Shown piece by piece: positions 50,301 through 60,567 of a stretch of DNA of 64,000 bases; positions within the stretch are counted from its first letter, which is position 1, and the number at the start of each line of letters is the position of its first letter. Made by a program: the position numbers and the translations under genes. Source of the stretch: Candidatus Poribacteria bacterium (lineage in GTDB: Bacteria > Poribacteria > WGA-4E > PCPOR2b); assembly GCA_965218095.1 (NCBI GenBank), contig OZ244587.1:1120001-1184000 (forward strand), in the 5' to 3' direction. The notes beneath the pieces were generated by a model that worked only from the letters and a program-made list of their open reading frames with translations, was not told the origin of the DNA and searched no databases.

Positions 50301-51590
50301 TCACCGCCCCTGCCAGCGCCCGCGCACTGGGTGCTTCTGGGCTCGCTCGAACAAGTCTGCCCATTCCCTGGAGCCATCATCCGGCTGGGGTTCTAACCGC
50401 ACGCCTTCGACGTAGGCTGGCCCATGCCCGGCGCCGAAGTAGCCATACCCCTGTCTACTACTGCCCATGCGGATGCAACTGCCATCCGGGTAGACAATGG
50501 TATTGATGATCCGTGGTTTTGGGCGGTCATAGAGCTCGCCTCTCTCTCTGAATTCTCTGAGTGTATCTTCAGGGACGCGATACCTTTCAATGGTCTCCTC
50601 GTCTACCTCAACGCCCAGCCCAGGTCCATCCGGCACCTTGTGGTACCCGCCGACAACCTCGATCTCCTTTTTCAACAACTGGTGGCTGTAAAGGTTTATG
50701 CAGGTAATCGCTGGCCAGGTGGCATGGGTCAAGACCGCGCCGAGATGGGCGGCCCAGGTCGTCGTCAGGCCATTCCCCACCAACTGCAACCAAAAAGGCA
50801 TGCGTGCTTCAGCGCTTAGAATCCCTTGTTTTATAACTGTAGACTTTCCAGCACAAATGACGTACCCATCGCAGACCCCCTCGCGGATATTCGTAATATA
50901 AGGCGGAAATCCGAAATGCATAGCAATCGGCCGGTTAATCGCCTGACGAATCTGGATATTCCCGAGCACATCGTCTTGGGGAATGGGCGTCTCAAACATT
51001 GCCACATTGTCGTACCTTTCCAGTTTTTTAATGATAGGAATCGCCGCTGCCGCATTCTGCCAGGTAGCGTTGGCGTCGAGGTCTAGCTTAAAATGCGACG
51101 GCACGACCTGGGCGATGGCATCGACCTGCGCTGCGATGTCCCACCAAGGTCGGGCCTTGAGCTTGAAACTGGTGTAGCCCTTCGCCACTGCCTCCTTAGC
51201 TTCGGCAGCCCAATCTTCGGGGGAGGCATCGATAGACCACCAGGAAATCGGAACCGAATCCCGCACCTTGGCCCCCATCAATTCGTAAACCGGTACTTCC
51301 AACACCTTCCCGACCACGTCGAATAACGCCATCTGTAGTCCGGCGCCCAGGGAATCATCGTTCATCAGTTTTGCCGGGCTCTGTCCTTTCACCTTTTTTA
51401 CGGTATCGTTCGTCACCCGCGCCCAGGTATAATGAATCACAGTCTCGCCCCAGCCTATGTGCCCGGTATCTGTTGTCACCTTGCACAACTCTAAAATCGC
51501 CCAGTTGTATACCTCCCGCTCAGTGATCTTCTGCTGCCGAAGGGTAAATGGCACATCCACGATAATGCGTTCTACATCTACGACCTTCAT
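50301..51590 (-). CDS. Enolase-superfamily enzyme (mandelate racemase/muconate lactonizing type)
   Basis: GWGE, MALFD..GK, FKLK, LDANA, FETP, PDGPGLGVE. Confidence 0.88.
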   Translation of the reverse strand: MKVVDVERIIVDVPFTLRQQKITEREVYNWAILELCKVTTDTGHIGWGETVIHYTWARVTNDTVKKVKGQSPAKLMNDDSLGAGLQMALFDVVGKVLEVPVYELMGAKVRDSVPISWWSIDASPEDWAAEAKEAVAKGYTSFKLKARPWWDIAAQVDAIAQVVPSHFKLDLDANATWQNAAAAIPIIKKLERYDNVAMFETPIPQDDVLGNIQIRQAINRPIAMHFGFPPYITNIREGVCDGYVICAGKSTVIKQGILSAEARMPFWLQLVGNGLTTTWAAHLGAVLTHATWPAITCINLYSHQLLKKEIEVVGGYHKVPDGPGLGVEVDEETIERYRVPEDTLREFRERGELYDRPKPRIINTIVYPDGSCIRMGSSRQGYGYFGAGHGPAYVEGVRLEPQPDDGSREWADLFERAQKHPVRGRWQGR

Positions 51591-51825
51591 TGTATTATCC
51601 TTTCTAGTTAATCGGTAATATGGTAAAATTATGTCAGTCTATCATTGAGTTTTTTTACATGATTCCCGACGGGGCGCCTCCAGAAGGGATTACAGCTATT
51701 AACCTTTGGTAGTTTTGGAATGTGGATTCAATAACGACGGGTATAAAGCCCTGGACTACGGAGAATTGTATGATAGCCTGGCCCCTTGTGGGCGTTGAGT
51801 TTGGTACGAACTAGCACCATTGGTT

Positions 51826-51853
51826 ATTATAAGCATTTGCAGATCTATGTCAA
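51826..51853 (-). promoter_or_regulatory. Sigma70-like promoter
   Basis: Minus strand TTGACA-16 nt-TATAAT. Confidence 0.5.
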
Positions 51854-52043
51854 CAAGAAAAAGTGGCGAATCCGATAGGGATGACCGTCAAACTTGTACA
51901 CTTTGAAGCGTAAATGCTCGGGCAGCTACCAAAACCCATTGTACCAACCATTTGGTCGATCTTCGATCGGGGTCTACCATTGATTATCTAACTGTTCAAA
52001 TACTTCTGCCGTGCACCAATAGGTGGATAGAGAGGAATGAATT

Positions 52044-53156
52044 ATGAGAATCGATCGCATTGATGTGTATTATGTTAGCCTGCCGCTCATTTACCCCTGG
52101 CGCACGGCCTATGGCGAGGATGCTGCTGTACATTCGGTGCTCGTGCGCATGGGATCGGATGAATACGTGGGATGGGGCGAGACCACGCCGCTCAAAGCCC
52201 CGGCGTACTCGCCCGAAAGCACGATGTCGGCATACCACACGATAGCTGAGTTTATCGCACCGGTGCTGGTGGGTCAAACGTTTGACACCGCCGACGAACT
52301 GCTAGCGGTATATAATTGGATCAAGGGTAACCCGTTTGCCAAGGCGGGTCCCGAAATTGCCTGGTGGATGCTCAAAGCGAGCATGGAAGGTGCGCCGCTG
52401 CACAAACTGCTAGGCGGCACCTTCAGAAAGGTAGATGCAGGCGCCGATTTTGGCATACAGGATTCCATTGACATGCTGTTGGAGAAGATTCAGGGAGCTG
52501 TTGACAATGGCTTCAAACGGGTTAAGCTCAAGGTGCGGCCAGGTTGGGATCTGGAGATGTTGCAGGCGGCCCGTGCGAGTTTCCCCCAGCAAACCTTCCA
52601 TATTGATTGTAACTCTGGATATACGCTGGACGATATTGGCTTCTTTAAGGGGGTAGATAAGTTGGGATTGGCGATGATTGAGCAGCCATTGTATCACAAC
52701 GACCTGCTGGAGCACGCCGAGTTGCAGAAGCGGATCGAGACGCCGGTTTGTTTGGACGAGTCAATTACATCGGTGCGCGCTTTTGAATGGGCATTGAAGC
52801 TGAAGTCGTGTCAGATCCTCAACCTCAAGACCGGCCGCGTCGGTGGTTTGTCGGTGGCGGTGAAGCTGCACAACATGGCGCGTGACGCCGGCATCCCATG
52901 CTGGGTGGGCAGCATGTTGGAGAGCGGCATCGGCGGTGGCATCTTAATCGAGTTGGCGACGCTCGACAATTTCACTTACCCCGGTGACATCTTTCCCAGT
53001 AATTTTTTCTACCGACAGGATTTGACAGAACTGGAACTAGTGTTGAATGATGACTGCACCTTTACGCCATCGCGGACGCCCGGGACGCCATATAAGCCGG
53101 TGTTGGAGCGTGTTGAGAAGGCGGCGCTGCACAGCCAAACCATTCTGCCGAAGTGA
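52044..53156 (+). CDS. menC: o-succinylbenzoate synthase / N-acylamino-acid racemase subfamily enzyme
   Basis: RVKLKV.PGWD, DCNSGY, MIEQP, CLDESI, NLK.GRVGG, MLESG, PGDI; no other men genes nearby, so a racemase role is possible. Confidence 0.8.
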   Translation: MRIDRIDVYYVSLPLIYPWRTAYGEDAAVHSVLVRMGSDEYVGWGETTPLKAPAYSPESTMSAYHTIAEFIAPVLVGQTFDTADELLAVYNWIKGNPFAKAGPEIAWWMLKASMEGAPLHKLLGGTFRKVDAGADFGIQDSIDMLLEKIQGAVDNGFKRVKLKVRPGWDLEMLQAARASFPQQTFHIDCNSGYTLDDIGFFKGVDKLGLAMIEQPLYHNDLLEHAELQKRIETPVCLDESITSVRAFEWALKLKSCQILNLKTGRVGGLSVAVKLHNMARDAGIPCWVGSMLESGIGGGILIELATLDNFTYPGDIFPSNFFYRQDLTELELVLNDDCTFTPSRTPGTPYKPVLERVEKAALHSQTILPK

Positions 53157-53449
53157 CGAGATTACAGTTCATCGTTAGGTTTCTTAATCCCGATTTATCG
53201 GGGCACAGCCTGACCTACTTTACTGACACAGTTCTACTTTCTGCGAAGACTTTAGAGATCCTGTCATTCGATGGGTTGATGACAGACGGGATTATGGGGA
53301 AACCCGAAGGATTGGCATCGGCCACACCGAAGGATTTTTCTTCGGATCACGCATACTTTACGCGGACGCAAAATCCGCATAATCAATGCGCAGGAGGCAA
53401 AGAATCATGAAAAAAGAACGCAATAAGTAGATTAGGGCTTTAAGGGTTG

Positions 53450-53524
53450 ATTGGCGCCGGGTAGTTCTTCAACAAATCCGATGTATCCTTCTGGGACTTT
53501 TTTGAAAACTGCGGTGAATTTCAT
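53450..53524 (-). pseudogene. HicB-family antitoxin remnant
   Basis: GGAGG RBS; MKFTAVF/KVPEGYIGFVEELPGAN with a frameshift and truncation. Confidence 0.7.
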
Positions 53525-53604
53525 ATCGGAACCTCCCTAGCTGTTAGACGTTTCTTTATGTTCTGTGTTTAATGAGAAGCCCCCCCCTAGCCCCCCGCAA
53601 GCGG

Positions 53605-53879
53605 GCTTACTATTACCCACAAGTCTGCAAAGTCGGACGGGGAACGGCTTCACCCGCGTCTTGCTTGACTTAACCCTTACGTGCAAGTTGAGAAAGTCGG
53701 CGGTTCTTTGCTCCCAAGTCAGATAGAGAGCCCGGGACGGCCGTCATCTGGGGAGGATGGCAGCGGTTGAGAGATATTTCTGACACCTTTTTCCTTTTAC
53801 ACGCTGCTGAAATGAACGATAGTTGTTAGCTTTAACATAGACGGCGCCTACCTCCGGGGACTTGTGGGTAATAGTAAGC
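53605..53879. mobile_element. MITE with perfect 21-bp terminal IRs
   Basis: GCTTACTATTACCCACAAGTC / GACTTGTGGGTAATAGTAAGC; no ORF inside. Confidence 0.8.
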
Positions 53880-53950
53880 TTCTTAAGGGGAAGAAATCTT
53901 TGTGAGGGAAGGTTTGCGACATTCCCTTTAGATTATGGGAACGGTAAGTC

Positions 53951-54934
53951 TCATCTTGATTCTTCTATTGCTACATGTATACTTTTTGCTGCGGTTGCCC
54001 CAAAAGCGCCCATCACGGGTTTCCCATCTTGATCCCGAAGATTCGATCTTCGCGCATCATTCAATGGCAATGATGAAAAGATATAACGCCCATATTCCGG
54101 GCTGAGCGCTTCAACCGTGATTCTCAGAACTTTGCCAGCATTTGATTTTCGACTCACATAGAAATCTTCTTTTCCGATAGAAACACCGTGCTTTTCTGTC
54201 AGATCTTTATCCCTGGACGATGAATATGAAGTGAGGAATCTAGATTCTGGTTTATCTTCACGGATGCGTGCTGGTACTTCAACGGTAACGAGGTATGAAG
54301 TCACATCCAAATCTGATTTCCAAAAAATTGCCTTTTCATCATTGATCTTCAGTGTTATGAGGTCGTCATCAAAGGTCGAAAGTGTATCAATATCGATGAA
54401 TTCAACCGGAGGATACACCGTTGTCACACCGGTAATCGTTTTATCGAACGCTCTGGAATAGATTTCTATTCGATATTGGGCATAGAGTTTTACCTGAAAA
54501 CGGTTTGATTTTGGTTTGTAGCCTCCATCGGGGATTACATTTCTGGCATCTTCGCCGTTGAAACCTTCATGATACCGAATGACGACCCTATCAGCTAGCT
54601 CAACATACTGAAATTCGTATTCTTCGCCTGAATTCAAATTTGTCACTGTGACGATAGCCGTCGTATCCTGGACAAGCGGGAGGGTTTCGTCGTATTCATC
54701 GATCTCGCCATCTCCGTCATTATCAATTCCGTCGTATACATCAGAATCCGTAATCGCCTCGGTTCTGATTATCCGGATGATAGAATCTTGCGGGTTATCG
54801 TGTTGAAGCCGTCCCAAAACTTTTAATTCCGGTTGGTAATTTCCAAAATCATCTCTGAAATCGGCAACATCCAGTTCTCGTTCACATGAGAGACAAACCG
54901 TTGACAAAAGCACAATCAGCGAAATTCTTATCAT
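53951..54934 (-). CDS. DUF4249-like lipoprotein partner of the TonB receptor
   Basis: Lipobox VCLSC after ATG 54934; C-terminal SN.....MGAFGA; internal DGIDNDGDGEIDE motif. Confidence 0.75.
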   Translation of the reverse strand: MIRISLIVLLSTVCLSCERELDVADFRDDFGNYQPELKVLGRLQHDNPQDSIIRIIRTEAITDSDVYDGIDNDGDGEIDEYDETLPLVQDTTAIVTVTNLNSGEEYEFQYVELADRVVIRYHEGFNGEDARNVIPDGGYKPKSNRFQVKLYAQYRIEIYSRAFDKTITGVTTVYPPVEFIDIDTLSTFDDDLITLKINDEKAIFWKSDLDVTSYLVTVEVPARIREDKPESRFLTSYSSSRDKDLTEKHGVSIGKEDFYVSRKSNAGKVLRITVEALSPEYGRYIFSSLPLNDARRSNLRDQDGKPVMGAFGATAAKSIHVAIEESR

Positions 54935-54950
54935 CTGCACTGTTTTGCTC

Positions 54951-57278
54951 CTAGAACTCGAATTCCAATCCAAAGGACGGGATAATTGGGAACATACTGA
55001 TCGCTCTAACTTCTGAAGGTGAACTATCGTGATTCCAAAGATAGATGAGATAGTTGTAATGATTCGTAAAATTGATGACCTGAAGCTTGAATTTCCCATT
55101 CACCCCAAAGGGTGAGATGTCTCTAATCCAGGCGATATCTCCCCGAACATAGGGTGGATAACGGGATGAATTCCTTCTGCCCTGGATACTGATAACTCTC
55201 GCATAGGGATTATCCAGCGCGTCGCCCTCATGATAGACTTTGCCGACGACCGGCGTATACGGTTGACCGCTTGACATAGTCCAGGACAGCGATACCCGAT
55301 TTCTCATGCTCACCTGATAACTGGCAACCAAGTTGAGTGAATGCAGTCTTGAGTATTTGGGCGTATAAACCTCAGACGCTTGATTCTCAGTTTTTTCGAT
55401 CTTGCCATCACCATTGAAATCGAATCGTCTTTCAATATTCGAATATGAATAGCCGAGCCAGCCTGAAACTTTTCCAGTGGTTTTCTTCAGAAAAAACTCC
55501 AATCCCCAAACACGCCCTGTGCCAGCTATGAACTCATCAAACTCAATGCCGGGGTCATTATCCGGATTGTTGGTGAGGACATTGCTATAGGGTTTATAAT
55601 AGGTTTCAATGGATCCGGTAAACCCCGGATTGAACCATCGTTCTATTCCAAGAATGAAATGCTGATTCTTTATTGCATCAAATTCTTCGGGTACTGGTAG
55701 CCAGAAATCGACAAGCTGCAGAACTTGATCTTCATCATTGACAGTGAAAAGGAATTGATTGAACCCGCCCCAACTTCCCTTAAATGTCAAGTTTTCCGTT
55801 AACAGGTATTTGAATCCGAGCCGTGGATCAAGATAGATGTTATCATGTAACTCATATTTGGAACCTCGCAACCCCAATTGAAGTGAGAGCAGGTTATTGA
55901 CTTTCCATCTATCCTGAACAAAAGCGCTGAAGACGTAGGGGTTTTGCTTGATGTCAAAGAAATTGACGTTATCCACATGAAAGTTAAATTCCATGCTCAG
56001 TTTCTTTAGCGCGGCTCCCAGTTTCAGGGTATGCCGAGGAGATAGGTACCATGTTAATCGTTCCGAGACTGAAACGTCCTGAATTTGATTGGTTGCGTTG
56101 GCGATTGTTTCGTCTTGGTTTCCACTGCTGTCAATTTCTGTGTGTTTCAGATCCACATCAAAATCAAAATTGGAGCGCGTCAGGACAAATTCTGAGAAGA
56201 ACCTTGCGTTAGGAACAAATCGCCACTTCAGACTGGGGGCGTTATTTCCCCAATCCCAGTTAAAATCTGTTTTGTCATCAGAATCCTCCTCATCAAAGAA
56301 GAACCTCAAGACATCGCGTCCATCGAAGGTCGAAAACGTCAACCTGTTTTCTGAATTCAGATCGCTGAAGATTTTGATTTGACCGTCCCAGAAGTAATAC
56401 CTCCAGTCCTGATCTTCTCCCCTTACTCTATTGGATTGCGCAGCAAGGAGATCAAAATAGGTTCTTCTACCGGAGATAATCCAGGCGCCCTTGTAGAACG
56501 GTCCTTCCAGCATCATTTTGCTACTGAGGAGCGAGATTTCTCCCTTTCCCTTGATTTGCTTTCCTTCTCTTGATGTAATGTCCAAAACAGATGACAGTCT
56601 ACCGGGGTATTCTGCGGGATAGCCACCAGCCAGGAATTTAGCATCGGCGATCGTATCTGCGTTAAACGTCGAGAATAACCCGACAAGATGATACGGATTA
56701 TAAATCTCTGCACCATCAACCAGAATTAGGTTTTCATCAGGACTTCCACCACGCACGACCAGCGCAGAGCTAAAGTCGCTTTGTGAAGTGACACTCGGGA
56801 GTTGCTGTATTGTCCGAAAAACATCGGCTTCAACAAATGACGGTGTACTGACTATCTCTTTGGAACTGATATTTGTGCGACTGATTTCCACATCTTCTTT
56901 GAATCGCGTTTTTTCGCCAGTCACCGTCACTTCATCAAGTCGAATTGCTTCCGGCGCGACCTCAACATCAAATCTCAACTCGCCGTTGGGTTGAACTTCT
57001 ATTTCCTTTTCAACCCGCTCATATCGTGTCATTGAAACGATTAACTTGTATTTACCTGGCGGTATGCCGTTCAATACATAATATCCATGCACATCGGTTG
57101 TTGCGGCAAATTGAGTGTTTTGCAGCATTACATTGGTATACGGCAATGGTTCTCCGGTGACCTTGTCATGCAAGTACCCATTGATACGACCCGTCCCCTG
57201 AGCAAACAGGAGCGTTGGCAAGAACGCCATCAACGAGAGTGTTAAGACACTGGTGTTCCGGTTAAATATCTGGCGCAT
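54951..57278 (-). CDS. TonB-dependent receptor
   Basis: CarboxypepD-like N-domain, plug (VRGGSPDENL..VDG..IYNPYH), GGYPAEY, terminal FEF. Confidence 0.93.
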   Translation of the reverse strand: MRQIFNRNTSVLTLSLMAFLPTLLFAQGTGRINGYLHDKVTGEPLPYTNVMLQNTQFAATTDVHGYYVLNGIPPGKYKLIVSMTRYERVEKEIEVQPNGELRFDVEVAPEAIRLDEVTVTGEKTRFKEDVEISRTNISSKEIVSTPSFVEADVFRTIQQLPSVTSQSDFSSALVVRGGSPDENLILVDGAEIYNPYHLVGLFSTFNADTIADAKFLAGGYPAEYPGRLSSVLDITSREGKQIKGKGEISLLSSKMMLEGPFYKGAWIISGRRTYFDLLAAQSNRVRGEDQDWRYYFWDGQIKIFSDLNSENRLTFSTFDGRDVLRFFFDEEDSDDKTDFNWDWGNNAPSLKWRFVPNARFFSEFVLTRSNFDFDVDLKHTEIDSSGNQDETIANATNQIQDVSVSERLTWYLSPRHTLKLGAALKKLSMEFNFHVDNVNFFDIKQNPYVFSAFVQDRWKVNNLLSLQLGLRGSKYELHDNIYLDPRLGFKYLLTENLTFKGSWGGFNQFLFTVNDEDQVLQLVDFWLPVPEEFDAIKNQHFILGIERWFNPGFTGSIETYYKPYSNVLTNNPDNDPGIEFDEFIAGTGRVWGLEFFLKKTTGKVSGWLGYSYSNIERRFDFNGDGKIEKTENQASEVYTPKYSRLHSLNLVASYQVSMRNRVSLSWTMSSGQPYTPVVGKVYHEGDALDNPYARVISIQGRRNSSRYPPYVRGDIAWIRDISPFGVNGKFKLQVINFTNHYNYLIYLWNHDSSPSEVRAISMFPIIPSFGLEFEF

Positions 57279-57417
57279 TAGACCTTTTTTCTTTCGGCTT
57301 GATGCCAGGAAGAGTTTCCCCAAATGCTTTTTGGGCAAGGATTTCTGTGCAATTGGGGCACTCAGTTCGGGACAGGTGATCGAAGATTAGTATCGAATCT
57401 GAAGCATGAGTTCCGAC

Positions 57418-57446
57418 ATTGTAGCTTAAAGTAACCTGAATGTCAA
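57418..57446 (-). promoter_or_regulatory. Sigma70-like promoter for the TonB receptor
   Basis: Minus strand TTGACA-17 nt-TACAAT. Confidence 0.55.
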
Positions 57447-57587
57447 GTATTCATGGGCTTTCTACGTCCATCCACACACAACCACGCTCAAAGCCCCTTT
57501 GCTAGTAAATTGTAGGCGGATTTCACGAAATCAGTGGGAATCCCCCGTTATCACTGCGTTTTTCCAATTTTTGCCGATACTCAGAAG

Positions 57588-58157
57588 TTAGTCATTCTTC
57601 TTTACCATGTATTTCGTCTGCACAAATCCAAAGTCGAAAATGGTCGTACGCATGTGGGTCAAGTTAATGCTTTTCTCTAAAGAACCGAAGAGCGGTATCC
57701 CGTCTCCAAGTATGACGGGGATTGTCGTCACTGTAAACTCATCGACCAAACCCTCGGAAAGAAATCGTTGAATTGTAATTCCACCATCAACGTACACACG
57801 CTCTGCCCCTTCGTCTGCGAGCCTCTCGAGAAGATCCTGTGGCGCGTCCGATGAATGGGTGACAGTATTCGGCACATTTGGCGGAAAAGAAATCGCGTTG
57901 CGACTCAGAACGACAATTGGCTTTCCCTCATAAGGCCACTCGCCGAAAGACAATACAGTTTCATAGGTCTTTCGCCCCATGACGATTGTGTCGACTGAGT
58001 CCAAGAACGCCTTAAAGCCGCAATCTTCGCCACGCGGAACAGTGGCGTTTGATTCGTTCAACCAGTCAAGTTCACCATCCTTCCCAGCGATGAACCCATC
58101 CAAGCTGGTTGCAATGTAGACGGATACTTTTACGGGCATTTCTTGCGATGTCAACAT
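57588..58157 (-). CDS. Dihydrofolate-reductase/RibD C-terminal family protein
   Basis: YIATSLDGFIA, MGRKTYE, VDGG, IPVILGDGIPLF. Confidence 0.9.
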   Translation of the reverse strand: MLTSQEMPVKVSVYIATSLDGFIAGKDGELDWLNESNATVPRGEDCGFKAFLDSVDTIVMGRKTYETVLSFGEWPYEGKPIVVLSRNAISFPPNVPNTVTHSSDAPQDLLERLADEGAERVYVDGGITIQRFLSEGLVDEFTVTTIPVILGDGIPLFGSLEKSINLTHMRTTIFDFGFVQTKYMVKKND

Positions 58158-58284
58158 CTAGATCCTATTTCTGCGCGGAAACGCGCAATGAATGGGATAA
58201 GAGAAAACGGGAAATCGGGGATTTGATAATCGAAGATCACTACTACCAACCATGTGATAAGAAGGGCTAGAGAGCTTCAACTCT

Positions 58285-59091
58285 CTAGCCCTTCTTTCCC
58301 ACCCCCAGGATATGTGCGCTGACACCTATAAGCGTTGTTTCATCTTCTATTAAGCGCAGCGCGTCAAGAATAATCTCTCTCCGTTCAATGTCCGCCCACC
58401 GCTCCTCAAGATCTCCCAAAAGCCATGCTGGTCCTTCCAGTCCCATTGTTTTCAGATGGCGAAGTCCTGCCTCTTCGATTTCCTCTGGCAATTCATCCGG
58501 TCTGTGCAAGTATGCTGTCGTGAAATAGTGGGGGACTTCCTTCGGATTGAGGTGTTTTCCATCTCGCAAGTCTTTTTGTACAGTTTCACGAAACTCGGGG
58601 TCAGACAACAATCCCTGCCTCAATCCATCAAGAAGGGGCACGAACCTCGATATGACAGCACAGAAAGCCAAGCCACCCTTTTTTAAGACTCGACGAGTTT
58701 CTTTCAGTACCCGAATTCGATCCGACCGGTCCTGAAGGTGATAGAGCGGTCCTAGCAATAGCACCGCCTCCATAGAGTCGAACTCGAAATCAAGACTTCT
58801 GGCATCTCCTTGGCAGATGCTTGCAAGGATACCCTCACTGTCCGTAGCCTTTGCCTGCTCCACATGCAAGGGAACAATGTCGACCAGATGCACTTTATAC
58901 GATCCCTTCGCAAGCCAGAAGGCGTAGGCTCCTGATCCGCCTCCGACATCAAGAATCTGGGCAGGCGGAGGCGGCAAATACCTCAGCAGGATTTCCTTTG
59001 TTCTTTCAAATTCCACACGGGAAGGCCCCTTGGCAAGACGAGTTGCCTCTCCTTTGACAGTCTCGTAGTGTCTGACCATCTTCGAATCCAT
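58285..59091 (-). CDS. Class I SAM-dependent methyltransferase
   Basis: ILDVGGGSG, GDAR.L, LLLGPLYHL, RVLKKGG. Confidence 0.9.
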   Translation of the reverse strand: MDSKMVRHYETVKGEATRLAKGPSRVEFERTKEILLRYLPPPPAQILDVGGGSGAYAFWLAKGSYKVHLVDIVPLHVEQAKATDSEGILASICQGDARSLDFEFDSMEAVLLLGPLYHLQDRSDRIRVLKETRRVLKKGGLAFCAVISRFVPLLDGLRQGLLSDPEFRETVQKDLRDGKHLNPKEVPHYFTTAYLHRPDELPEEIEEAGLRHLKTMGLEGPAWLLGDLEERWADIERREIILDALRLIEDETTLIGVSAHILGVGKKG

Positions 59092-59162
59092 TATCGATTT
59101 CTCCTAGATTGGGCGTTTATCCGCTCCAACACTGAAATGAATAGCTTTCGATTTCCTATGTT

Positions 59163-59279
59163 GCCTAACGTATCGCCGGTTTGTGAGCCCTAGCTCCTCG
59201 GTTGAGCCCGTCGAAGCATGTCAAGGAGTTGCCGAAGGCCAATACCGACAACCTTGCAGCGCAAACCGTGCTGTTATGC
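59163..59279 (-). other. Integron attC site
   Basis: Minus strand GCATAAC-agcaCGGTTTGcg...caCAAACCGgcgatac-GTTAGGC: RYYYAAC/GTTRRRY-type ends with complementary inner boxes; 117 bp, intergenic. Confidence 0.75.
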
Positions 59280-59304
59280 GTAACTTGCGTAGCCCACGGC
59301 TCCC

Positions 59305-60164
59305 TCAGTCAAGTAATCTCAGCCCGTCAAAGGCCACCCGGTAGCCGTGTTTCCCAGCATACTCATCAAGCTCATCATGCTCCAAATTCCCCTCGTGAGA
59401 TATGTGAGTCGCATAGACTATTCCATTGTCCTTGAGCAATCCAACTTCGCGAAATCGATCAGCGTGAGCGATGACGTCTCGTGATCCCAGATGGTCTGCC
59501 GGCCTTGAGTCAAGACCAATTCCATAGGTGTGATCGAGGACAAGCAAGTCATACCGTGTGCGGTGGAGTAGAAGATGCTCCCAGACCTCCTCGGACAGAA
59601 CCGACGTGTCGGTGCCATAGAATACTGCATGGTACCCTTGCTCTATTGAATATAGTAGATATCCTTGATCAGTGCCGTGGTTAGCAGGGTACCCGGTAAC
59701 GCGGTAGTTCCCTACCGCGTTACCGGGTACAGCGTAACGGATAACACATTCATCTTCAGTGCGGCCTGTGTGTCTGGGTCGAAAATGCTCCCGTATTCAC
59801 ATCTTCGACACACAATCTCATCGACAGCTCTCAGGGTTTCACTGGAGCCAACAAAGAGCAAATCACTGGAGACCACTGTTCCGTATTCTGCGTGTCTAGA
59901 GATGATGAACTCGGTATCTAAATGGTCTTCGTGAGAGTGCGTTTGTAGACAGACGCTGATGCCGGCGAGAGAGAGATTGTGTTCGAACGACGCGACTGCT
60001 ACGTCGGGCCCAATGTCAACAAGCAAATCATCGTTGATGATGATTGAAGATCGCCGGCGCAGGTTCTTTCCGCCAACCCTTCTGGCATCCGTGCATACTT
60101 GGCAGGTGCAGAAAGGAATCGGCATTGATGGCGCTGCCGCTGTTCCGAGAAAGGTCACTTGCAT
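59305..60164 (-). pseudogene. PhnP-like metallo-beta-lactamase-fold hydrolase, frameshifted at about 59710
   Basis: FLGT....P.PFCTC.VC, THSHEDH, then YPANH, YGTDT, LDHT, ATHISH, AFDG in another frame. Confidence 0.85.
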
Positions 60165-60318
60165 CCGCTAGGCTACCCTCCAGTTTTCGCCATCGCAATC
60201 GGGGTATTCAAGGTGCTCACTGATTTGGGGGAGGCGGCCGTAGCAAAAGTATGGACATGTTGTTCCCAGTCGGTTCAACAAGTGATTGAGCATCCAGAAT
60301 TCTCCTGCGCGCATATTC

Positions 60319-60385
60319 GCATAACGTTCTCCGGTTTGCGAACCCGCGAAGCGGGTTGCCGAAGGCTAAGTCCCGCGGAGCCGCT
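60319..60385 (-). other. Truncated attC site
   Basis: Minus strand ...CGCAAACCGGAGAAC-GTTATGC; shares CCGGTTTG and GTTGCCGAAGGC with the 59163 site; other half missing. Confidence 0.6.
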
Positions 60386-60567
60386 ATAGTGCAGACACAA
60401 TGACGGCACCAAGTGCAGGGCAATACTTTGGGTTTGATGAAGGCCCGTAACAAACTCCATGTTGAAGGCGATGTCGCCTATACATCCCGACTCTCTTAAG
60501 AGCGAAGAAGCAATAGTACCGAAATGCGACATCGCGCTGCTTACTCCTGTGCCAATCTACAGACAGG

